In this document: positions 7,489-13,786 of the stretch, one piece after another | Position numbering within the stretch: position 1 is the first letter of the stretch | How the letters are laid out: every line of letters starts with the position of its first letter | Assembly: GCA_902790375.1 (NCBI GenBank) | Contig: CADARY010000049.1 | Span: 5,963 to 29,962 of the forward strand | Length of the DNA: 24,000 nucleotides | Source: Oscillospiraceae bacterium | GTDB taxonomy: Bacteria > Bacillota > Clostridia > Oscillospirales > Oscillospiraceae | Direction of reading: 5' to 3' | The notes under the pieces: generated by a model | What the model saw: only the letters and a program-made list of their open reading frames with translations | Told to the model about the DNA's origin: nothing | The model's database searches: none | Made by a program: the position numbers and the translations under genes

Positions 7489-7665
7489 TCAGTACACCCT
7501 TCCGTCGGCGGCGATGATCGTCAGAATACCCCGCCGCAGGATGTACTCGTTTTCCGCCTCGTCGAGGAAGCACTGATACACATGCGTCGGCTCCGGCTCC
7601 CTGTGTCGAACCAGCGTCCCCACGATGCGAAAGCCCATGCTCTCTGCTTGTATTTGAATTCCCAT
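7489..7665 (-). CDS. Untracked small ORF, 58 aa (MGIQIQAESMGFRIVGTLVRHREPEPTHVYQCFLDEAENEYILRRGILTIIAADGRVY)
   Basis: My own translation; the ORF falls below the track size cutoff. ATG 7665 is preceded by AAAGGGG. A candidate promoter is TTGGTA (7706-7711)-N16-TATTAT (7684-7689). The stop lies just upstream of the 7440-7486 terminator. Third codon positions are GC-rich. Confidence 0.35.
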   Translation of the reverse strand: MGIQIQAESMGFRIVGTLVRHREPEPTHVYQCFLDEAENEYILRRGILTIIAADGRVY

Positions 7666-7730
7666 ATCTCATACCCCTTTCAAATAATAGTCTCAACAAA
7701 CACTGTACCAAATCTTTCCCGCGATCCTTG

Positions 7731-7932
7731 TATCTATGGAGAAGAGTGGAAGCGTCTGCTTTTTTCGGCACCCGCGAACAATCAGCGATCTGATGCAGCC
7801 GCACTTATTTGAAAAGGAACAGGAATACCAGATCGTGAAAACAATCAAGCTGCAGATCTTGCCGCTGCACGGTATTCCGCTGCGAAAGTGTTTGACCGCA
7901 TAAGGAAGAAGATATATGAACCAAAGACATGA
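7731..7932 (+). pseudogene. Decayed, internally deleted second copy of the [103-aa ORF - Phd antitoxin] cassette
   Basis: 7731-7852 matches 6482-6603 with 8 mismatches in 122 nt and no indels. 7870-7932 matches the antitoxin 3' end at about 7074-7137 at roughly 75-80% identity: RYSAAKVFDRIRKKIYEPKT* against RYSADEVFGRIRKNIYGRKAL*. The chimeric reading frame 7736-7903 stops after 55 codons, and no toxin homolog follows. Confidence 0.75.
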
Positions 7933-8020
7933 TAAATTAAGCGCTACTTGGCAACTCTGGCTCAACAGCAGCAACCTTTGCTATAAACTATAATTACACT
8001 TTTATTGCTGTTCCATAAGC

Positions 8021-8057
8021 AAAACAGGGAGTGGAACCGTTTTGTTTCCACTCCCTG
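8021..8057 (-). terminator. Rho-independent terminator of the LCP gene
   Basis: cagggagtggaa (8025-8036) pairs with ttccactccctg (8046-8057). On the minus strand it is followed by TTTTGCTT. Confidence 0.8.
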
Positions 8058-8091
8058 AAATAATCACGATATCCGCCGTGGTTTTGTATTG

Positions 8092-9348
8092 CTACAGCTC
8101 TGTGAGCCAGTCGTCGTCCGTGGGGGCGGTGTAGGGAACGGGCGCAGCTCCCGGAGCCTCCCCTGCCGGCGTCTCGGTGATCCAGCTCTCCGGCGGGGGC
8201 GGCAGCTCCTCCGGCAGCTCCTCGACCTCCTCGACATATTCCTCGGCGCCGCTCTGTGCCGGTGCGCTCTCGCGCCTGCCCAGAGAGAAATAGGAGATGC
8301 CCTGGATGGCGGTGGTGCAGCAGACCTCGCCGCCGCGCAGATAGACGAGGTCGAGCTGTCCCTCGCTCACAGGCCGGTCAGTGGGGTTGAGGCAGTCGTT
8401 GATCATCTGGATCCAGTTATACAGATCCAGGAAGGTGTAGCTCAGATCGTGCACGTAGGCCGGGGTGTTGGGCGCGGTGTAGAAGCGGACATCCTCACTG
8501 CGGCAGCGCAGGAACTGCCGGGCAAACCAGGCCATGTTGGAGGCTGTCATGTTGGTGTCCATGCTCTCGGCCAGGATGGCGGCCACCTCCGGGATGTTGG
8601 GGATGCTGCCGAGCTGCAGAAACTGGTCGGCGGCGGCCTTGAGGAAATCATGCTGGACCTCGATGCGGTCCAGATCCCCGTTGACATAGCCGCTGCGGAA
8701 GCGGCAGAGCCACATGGCCTGCTCGCCGTTCAGGAGCTGGTAGCCCGGCTGCAGGTCGATGACCGGGCCGTCCTCATAATACATGCGCCGGGGCACGTCA
8801 TACCAGATGCCGCCCAGGGCGTCCACCGCCCGCTGGAAGGCGTCGAGCTCAATCACGGCATAGCAGTCCACGTCGAAGCCGGTCAGCTTTTTTACATGCC
8901 GCCTGAGGGCCTCGCTGCCGCTGGCGCCGCTGTAGACCGCCGTCCAGTAGACGCCGTTTATCTTGCGGATGGGGCTGTCGATGTTGATGAGCGTGTCCCG
9001 CGGGATGCTGACGAAATTAGCCGTGTGGCGCACGGTGTCAAGCCTGCCCACCATGATGGTGTCGGTGTTGCCGGTGCCGTCGTCACTGCCGGCGAGCAGA
9101 AGGGTGTATACCCCGTCCTGCCGCGCGGTCTCGAAGGCGGTGCCCCGGTCCGGCGTGGGGCTGGGCGACGCCGCAGGCGAGGCCGCCGGCGTTGCGGCGC
9201 TCTGGTTCAGCTCTGTCAGCACCGGATTTCCCGCAGCGATCTCGGGCGGCCTCTCCCATAAAAAATAGCCGCCGACCACCGCCAGCATCAGGCCCGCAAC
9301 GCTGCCGCCGGCGATGATGAGCCAGCGCTTCCAGTTGTTCTTGTTCAT
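8092..9348 (-). CDS. LytR-CpsA-Psr (LCP) family cell-envelope glycopolymer transferase
   Basis: There is an N-terminal TM anchor (WLIIAGGSVAGLMLAVVGGYFLW). LCP core motifs are present: YTLLLAGSDDGTGNTDTIMVGRLD, FVSIPRDTLI and the IELDAFQRAVDALGG-type segment. The C-terminal tail is acidic and Pro-rich. Confidence 0.85.
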   Translation of the reverse strand: MNKNNWKRWLIIAGGSVAGLMLAVVGGYFLWERPPEIAAGNPVLTELNQSAATPAASPAASPSPTPDRGTAFETARQDGVYTLLLAGSDDGTGNTDTIMVGRLDTVRHTANFVSIPRDTLINIDSPIRKINGVYWTAVYSGASGSEALRRHVKKLTGFDVDCYAVIELDAFQRAVDALGGIWYDVPRRMYYEDGPVIDLQPGYQLLNGEQAMWLCRFRSGYVNGDLDRIEVQHDFLKAAADQFLQLGSIPNIPEVAAILAESMDTNMTASNMAWFARQFLRCRSEDVRFYTAPNTPAYVHDLSYTFLDLYNWIQMINDCLNPTDRPVSEGQLDLVYLRGGEVCCTTAIQGISYFSLGRRESAPAQSGAEEYVEEVEELPEELPPPPESWITETPAGEAPGAAPVPYTAPTDDDWLTEL

Positions 9349-9473
9349 TTCCCTCGCCCCTTTTTTAACCAGGAATCCCTATGGCAACACCGCACAATCC
9401 GCCTTCGGCATCTCCTGGAAAATTTGTGCCCTGATTTCGTCACTTTTTCTTGAGGTACACAAAGTACATCTGC

Positions 9474-9575
9474 GAAATGCCCTATATTTCCCTGTGACGG
9501 CACGGCCTTTCGCTCCCGCATCCGATCTGTCCCTGCAAGGGAGCGGCGCGCACGCTGCCGTCACATGTGCATTTC
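9474..9575 (-). ncRNA. Candidate structured 5'-UTR element (nested long hairpin) of the LCP mRNA; unclassified
   Basis: Three nested perfect helices: gaaatgc (9474-9480)/gcatttc (9569-9575), tgtgacggca (9493-9502)/tgccgtcaca (9556-9565), and cgctccc (9511-9517)/gggagcg (9539-9545). The outer helix begins about where the 9583-9611 promoter would start transcription. The strand assignment is inferred. Confidence 0.35.
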
Positions 9576-9582
9576 ACTCGGG

Positions 9583-9611
9583 AGTATTTCCCGTTTTGTG
9601 GGAAATCATAC
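9583..9611 (-). promoter_or_regulatory. Second copy of the sigG-promoter-like motif (candidate forespore promoter), about 235 nt upstream of the LCP start
   Basis: The minus strand reads GTATG-N15-GGAAATACTC. On the plus strand, AGTATTTCCCG-N13-CAT(A/G)CAG is shared with 5186-5216 at identical spacing. This copy also has an internal inverted repeat, atttccc/gggaaat. Confidence 0.4.
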
Positions 9612-9703
9612 AGGGCAGTGAAAAAACTCCACAAAAGAAGTTTTCAAGCGCTTTCAATTCCTGTACCTTTTTACCGAAAAGACGAAACAGGGAAAAAACG
9701 GCA

Positions 9704-9732
9704 TTGACTTTAGCGCCAAAAAGCGCTAAAGT
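9704..9732 (+). promoter_or_regulatory. Sigma-A promoter of the ABC importer operon
   Basis: TTGACT (9704-9709)-N17-TAAAGT (9727-9732). The spacer contains the palindrome tagcgc...gcgcta. Confidence 0.6.
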
Positions 9733-9761
9733 ACTGTCATCACCAAAGGGGAGATATGTTC

Positions 9762-9818
9762 ATGTTGAGATTTCGTCATGCATACGGACGGTATCCCTAT
9801 TCCTATTATAAGAGGTAA
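9762..9818 (+). CDS. Candidate leader peptide MLRFRHAYGRYPYSYYKR (18 aa; 20 aa as MFMLRF... if ATG 9756 is used)
   Basis: AAAGGGGAG (9745-9753) lies 8 nt before ATG 9762. Five Tyr codons fall within nine consecutive codons (9783-9809). Four of them are TAT, whereas the flanking genes mostly use TAC. Stop TAA is at 9816-9818. Confidence 0.35.
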   Translation: MLRFRHAYGRYPYSYYKR

Positions 9819-9876
9819 TAGGTGGTTCGTGCTGCACGGAAAGCTCTTATGAAGACGGGCAAAGCCCCGTGATAAG

Positions 9877-9913
9877 CGCCGCGCGGACCGAGCTCCGGGC
9901 GGCGTTCGATTTG
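9877..9913 (+). terminator. Candidate attenuator terminator in the leader of the ABC importer operon
   Basis: cgccgcgcgga (9877-9887) pairs with tccgggcggcg (9894-9904): 10 of 11 bp, with one G-G mismatch. It is followed by TTCGATTTG and lies 64 nt upstream of the SBP ATG. Confidence 0.5.
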
Positions 9914-9976
9914 CCCCTCCCTGCTGCTTTTCCCAGTACACACGCAGACAAAATACAATCAAAGGAGAACAGAACA

Positions 9977-10933
9977 ATGAAAAAGATTTTTGCACTCGCC
10001 CTCGCGCTGACCATGGTCTTCGCGCTGGCCGCCCCCTCCGCCTTTGCCGCTGACAGCTACACCGTCGGCATCTGCCAGCTCGTGCAGCACCCCGCGCTTG
10101 ACGCCGCCACCCAGGGCTTCAAGGACGCCCTGACCAAGGCCCTCGGCGACAAGGTCAGCTTTGTCGAGCAGAACGCCTCCGGCGATTCCGCCACCTGCGC
10201 CGTCATCTGCAACCAGTTCGTCTCTGACGATGTGAACCTGATCCTGGCCAATGCCACGCCCGCGCTGCTGGCTGCCCAGGCTGCCACCAACAAGATCCCT
10301 GTGCTCGGCACCTCCGTCACCGACTATGCCTCCGCCCTGGACATTGACAACTGGACGGGCAGCACCGGCGCCAATATCTCCGGCACCTCCGACGGCGTCC
10401 CCGCCTCTGAGCTTGCGGGCGTGCTGCATGAGCTGTTCCCCGATGTCAAGAACGTCGGTCTCCTGTACTGCTCCGGCGAGCCCAACTCCAAGTTCCAGGC
10501 CGATGAGATGCGCCCCGTTCTCGAGGAGATGGGCTACAAGGTCACGGACTTCACCTTTGCTGACTCCAACGATGTCTCCGCCGTCACCAACAACGCCTGC
10601 GACGACTGCGACGTGCTCTACATCCCTACCGACAACACCGCTGCCTCCAACGCCGAGCTCATCAACAACGTAGCCCTGGCCAAGAAGGTCCCCATCGTCT
10701 GCGGTGAAGAGAACCTCTGCGCCGGCTGCGGCGTGGCAACGCTCTCTATCTCCTACTACGATCTCGGCACCGTGACCGGTGAGATGGCCGCAAAGATCCT
10801 TGCCGAGGGCGCGGATGTGTCCACCATGAAGATCGAGTACGCCCCCTTCGCCAAGAAGTTCAACAAGACCAACTGTGACATTCTCGGCATCACCGTTCCC
10901 GAGACCTACGAGGCCATCGAGGCTGACGCGTAA
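9977..10933 (+). CDS. ABC transporter substrate-binding protein, COG2984 / ABC_sub_bind (PF04392) type
   Basis: The true start is ATG 9977, after aaaggag (9961-9967); the tracked 9869 start is an upstream extension. There is a signal peptide (MKKIFALALALTMVFALAAPSAFA). Family motifs are present: VGICQLVQHPALDAATQGFKDAL, NLILANATPALLAAQAAT, IPVLGTSVTDY and ISGTSD. Confidence 0.85.
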   Translation: MKKIFALALALTMVFALAAPSAFAADSYTVGICQLVQHPALDAATQGFKDALTKALGDKVSFVEQNASGDSATCAVICNQFVSDDVNLILANATPALLAAQAATNKIPVLGTSVTDYASALDIDNWTGSTGANISGTSDGVPASELAGVLHELFPDVKNVGLLYCSGEPNSKFQADEMRPVLEEMGYKVTDFTFADSNDVSAVTNNACDDCDVLYIPTDNTAASNAELINNVALAKKVPIVCGEENLCAGCGVATLSISYYDLGTVTGEMAAKILAEGADVSTMKIEYAPFAKKFNKTNCDILGITVPETYEAIEADA

Positions 10934-10974
10934 ATCCCGTCAAAGCAAGCTGATTTCCAAATGAATTAAATACG

Positions 10975-11112
10975 TTTTTGAGGGAGCTTTGCTCCCTCAA
11001 AAACACCCTGAGCCGAGCTCTGCGAGGCCTCGCGTCGACCAAACGCGGCGTGTCACGCACCGCCGCGTGCGATAAACGCGAGTCCTCAATTGCGAACATG
11101 GTTCGCAATTGA
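10975..11112 (+). other. Array of four strong stem-loops in the 199-nt SBP-permease spacer
   Basis: (1) tttttgagggagc/gctccctcaaaaa at 10975-11003. (2) The palindrome gcgaggcctcgc at 11022-11033. (3) cgcggcg/cgccgcg at 11044-11067. (4) tcaattgcgaac/gttcgcaattga at 11086-11112, a 12-bp perfect stem with loop atg, ending 8 nt before the permease RBS. Confidence 0.6.
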
Positions 11113-11132
11113 TTTAATCTGAGGTGTGATCT

Positions 11133-12077
11133 GTGACAATAACAAGCTACTTCGCTTCCCTGAATATACTGAAGCTCTTCCGCAATATGCCCGGCGGCGT
11201 GTCCCAGGGCATCATCTGGGGCATCATGGCCCTGGGCATTTACATCACCTTCCGCCTGCTGGACGTGGCAGACCTGACGGTGGACGGCTCGTTTACCACA
11301 GGCGGCGCCGTGACCGTCATGCTGATCCTCGCGGGCTGGCCTGCCTGGGCGGCGCTGCTGGTCGCCATGCTGGCGGGCATTCTCGCGGGCTTTGTAACCG
11401 GCATGCTGCACACGAAGCTCGGTATCCCCGCGATCCTTGCCGGTATCCTGACGCAGTTTTCGCTCTATTCGGTGAACCTGCATATCATGGGCATGGCTGC
11501 GAACAAGGCGGTCAGCGTGGATAAATACCACCTGCTTCTCTCCTCCCGCAACATCCCCTCCGCGATCCTGACCGGGGCTGTCATCGCCCTTGCGCTGGTG
11601 AGCGTGTTCTATTGGTACTTCGGTACCGAGCAGGGCTCCGCCATCCGCGCCACCGGCAACAACCCCGCCATGAGCCGCGCGCTCGGCATCAACATCGACA
11701 ACATGAAGGTGCTGGGCCTGTCCCTCTCCAACGGCATCGTGGCGCTCTCCGGCGGCCTGCTTGCCCAGTATCAGGGCTTTGCGGACATCAACATGGGCCG
11801 CGGCGCCATCGTCATCGGTCTTGCCGCCGTCATCATCGGCGAGGTGGTCGGCAACGCCATTCTCGGCAAGCGCCTGAACTTCTACGGCACACTGAGCTTC
11901 ACCGTCATCGGCGGCATCGTCTACTATCTTGTCATCGTCATTGTGCTCTGGCTGAAGCTCAACTCCAATGATCTCAAGCTCTTCACCGCGATCGTCGTGG
12001 CGCTGTTCCTGGCTGTGCCCTATCTGCGGAGCCAGCAGAAGAGCTCCTTCGCCAAGCTGAGAAAGAAAGGGGGCTGA
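11133..12077 (+). CDS. ABC transporter permease, COG4120 type
   Basis: 314-aa polytopic membrane protein with a GTG start 6 nt after gaggtg. It sits in the SBP-permease-ATPase order typical of the COG2984/4120/1101 system. Confidence 0.85.
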   Translation: MTITSYFASLNILKLFRNMPGGVSQGIIWGIMALGIYITFRLLDVADLTVDGSFTTGGAVTVMLILAGWPAWAALLVAMLAGILAGFVTGMLHTKLGIPAILAGILTQFSLYSVNLHIMGMAANKAVSVDKYHLLLSSRNIPSAILTGAVIALALVSVFYWYFGTEQGSAIRATGNNPAMSRALGINIDNMKVLGLSLSNGIVALSGGLLAQYQGFADINMGRGAIVIGLAAVIIGEVVGNAILGKRLNFYGTLSFTVIGGIVYYLVIVIVLWLKLNSNDLKLFTAIVVALFLAVPYLRSQQKSSFAKLRKKGG

Positions 12078-12081
12078 GGGT

Positions 12082-12876
12082 ATGCTGAAGCTTGAATCCA
12101 TTTCCAAAACCTTCAACCCCGGCACCATCAATGAGAAAAAAGCCCTGAACGGGCTGAGCCTGCACCTGAAGCCCGGCGACTTTGTCACCGTTATCGGCGG
12201 CAACGGCGCGGGCAAGTCCACGATGCTCAACGCCGTTGCCGGCGTCTGGCCTGTGGACGAGGGGCGCATCATCCTCGACGGGCACGACATCACCGCCCTG
12301 CCGGAGCATAAGCGCGCCCACCTGATCGGCCGCGTCTTCCAGGACCCGATGATGGGCACCGCGCCCAACATGCAGCTTGAAGAAAACCTCGCCCTTGCGG
12401 CCCGGCGCGGCCGGCCCCGCGGGCTCAAATGGGGCGTCACCAATGAAGAGCGCGAGGAATACCACGAACGGCTCAAGATCCTTGGCCTCGGGCTTGAGGA
12501 TCGCATGACCTCCAAGGTGGGCCTGCTCTCCGGCGGCCAGCGCCAGGCGGTCACGCTCCTGATGGCGGTGCTGCGCGAGCCGAAGCTCCTTCTGCTCGAC
12601 GAGCACACCGCCGCCCTCGACCCCGGTACGGCGGCCAAGGTTCTGGAGCTTTCCGACCAGATCGTGCAGGAGCATAATCTCACGACCCTGATGATCACCC
12701 ACAACATGAAGGACGCGATCCGCCACGGCAACCGCCTCATCATGATGAACGAGGGGCACATCATCCTCGATATCGAGGGGGAGGAGAAAAAGAAGCTCAC
12801 CAAGCAGCAGCTCATTGACCTGTTTGCCCAGAAGGGCGGCAGCATCGACTCTGACGAGACCTTGCTGACAAAGTAA
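12082..12876 (+). CDS. ABC transporter ATP-binding protein, COG1101 type
   Basis: Walker A GGNGAGKST, signature LSGGQRQAVTLLMAV, Walker B LLLLDEHTAALD. Confidence 0.9.
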   Translation: MLKLESISKTFNPGTINEKKALNGLSLHLKPGDFVTVIGGNGAGKSTMLNAVAGVWPVDEGRIILDGHDITALPEHKRAHLIGRVFQDPMMGTAPNMQLEENLALAARRGRPRGLKWGVTNEEREEYHERLKILGLGLEDRMTSKVGLLSGGQRQAVTLLMAVLREPKLLLLDEHTAALDPGTAAKVLELSDQIVQEHNLTTLMITHNMKDAIRHGNRLIMMNEGHIILDIEGEEKKKLTKQQLIDLFAQKGGSIDSDETLLTK

Positions 12877-12881
12877 AAAAC

Positions 12882-12933
12882 AAGCTTCCATAGAAGCAGA
12901 CAGACCTTGTCCTGTTTCTATGGAAGCTTTTTT
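12882..12933. terminator. Bidirectional rho-independent terminator (14-bp stem) between the convergent ABC ATPase and yjjW
   Basis: aagcttccatagaa (12882-12895) pairs with ttctatggaagctt (12916-12929). An A-run lies upstream and a T-run (12930-12933) downstream. Confidence 0.85.
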
Positions 12934-12943
12934 ACCTTGTATG

Positions 12944-13786
12944 CTATACCACGTATGCCTTTTTTGCGCCCAGGTCTCGGGCGAGCTGCGCATAGCGCTC
13001 GGCGTAATCCCTGTCCGTCTCAAACTCGCCCAGGAGCTTCTGCCACCGCTCCCGCACCCCGAAGGGGCGGTAGCGGATGATTTTATAGAAGCATCCGTCC
13101 CCGATATGCGCGGCCACATAACGGACGGTCTCCTCATTCTCCCGGTCCCGGTCCGGGAGGATGACGGTGCGCACCTCATAGAGCTTTCCGACCTTGAGCA
13201 GATAGTCGAGGTTTTTGAGCACCGTATCCCGGGGGTGAGAGATAAGCTGATCCGACCAGCGCTTCTCCACGGCCTTCACATCCAGCATCACGCCTTCGGA
13301 CACCCGGAGCACACGCGGGTCCTTTTCAAAATCAAAGGAGCCGTTGGAGTCGATGAGGCAGGTCTTGCCGAGCTTGCGAACCTCGGTGAAAAGCTCGATC
13401 AGAAATTCATTCTGCAGGGTACACTCCCCGCCGGAGGTGCTGATCCCCCGGATATAGGGCATGCTTCGCCGCAGCTCTGTCATCAGCTCCTCCACCGTCA
13501 TCCAGCGGACCTTCGGGGAGGCGTCATGCGGGCAGGTGCGGATACAGGTATCGCACTGGACACAGGCGGCGCTGTCCCAATGGACCGCGCCGTCCCCGCC
13601 AAGGGTGAGGGCCCCGGCGGGACAGGTTTTCACGCAGGCCCCGCAGCTTTGGCAGAGGTGGATCGTCTCCGGGTTGTGGCAGTAAAGGCAGTTGAAGGGA
13701 CAGCCCTGGAAAAAGACCGCCGTGCGGTTGCCCGGCCCGTCGACATTGGAGAAGGGGATGATCCTGTTGACCGGCGCTTTAAGCAT
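12944..13786 (-). CDS. yjjW: Glycyl-radical enzyme activase, YjjW family (radical SAM with two extra ferredoxin-like clusters)
   Basis: Radical SAM motif CPFNCLYCHN, plus CQSCGACVKTCP and CVQCDTCIRTCP. The preferred start is ATG 13786 (MLKAPVNRIIPFS...), which overlaps the yjjI stop by 8 nt; the tracked start is 13813. Confidence 0.85.
   Translation of the reverse strand: MLKAPVNRIIPFSNVDGPGNRTAVFFQGCPFNCLYCHNPETIHLCQSCGACVKTCPAGALTLGGDGAVHWDSAACVQCDTCIRTCPHDASPKVRWMTVEELMTELRRSMPYIRGISTSGGECTLQNEFLIELFTEVRKLGKTCLIDSNGSFDFEKDPRVLRVSEGVMLDVKAVEKRWSDQLISHPRDTVLKNLDYLLKVGKLYEVRTVILPDRDRENEETVRYVAAHIGDGCFYKIIRYRPFGVRERWQKLLGEFETDRDYAERYAQLARDLGAKKAYVV

Noticed and set aside
7400-7804. 134-aa minus-strand ORF covering the region after the ParE gene.
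   Set aside because: It crosses the strong bidirectional terminator and the repeat copy, and its sequence is Arg/Gly-rich and low-complexity. The alternative 58-codon frame (7489-7665) has better start, stop and terminator context.
9379-9564. 61-aa minus-strand ORF in the LCP leader with CxxxxC and CxxC pairs, a possible zinc-ribbon mini-protein.
   Set aside because: It has a GTG start with no SD. It uses AGG/AGA/TGT/ACT/TCA codons that are atypical for this genome. It coincides with the nested-helix RNA structure, so it is more likely non-coding.
9811-9836. T-box-like string AAUAGGUGGUUCGUGC in the ABC importer leader. T-box regulation is the known mode for this transporter family.
   Set aside because: It is only a partial match to the conserved AANNNGGGUGGNACCGCG. 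It lies about 80 nt from the predicted TSS, too short for Stem I and the specifier domain, and about 85 nt from the terminator U tract, which is too far. No AGAGA or GNUGNA-type Stem I features are visible upstream. A covariance-model scan is still needed to exclude it formally.
9881-9912. CCGGGCGG / GCCCC strings reminiscent of the 3' half of the ZTP (pfl) riboswitch.
   Set aside because: The conserved CGCCUGGGC-type pseudoknot sequence and the 5' GGGUCGUG subdomain are absent. The hairpin is better explained as the attenuator terminator.
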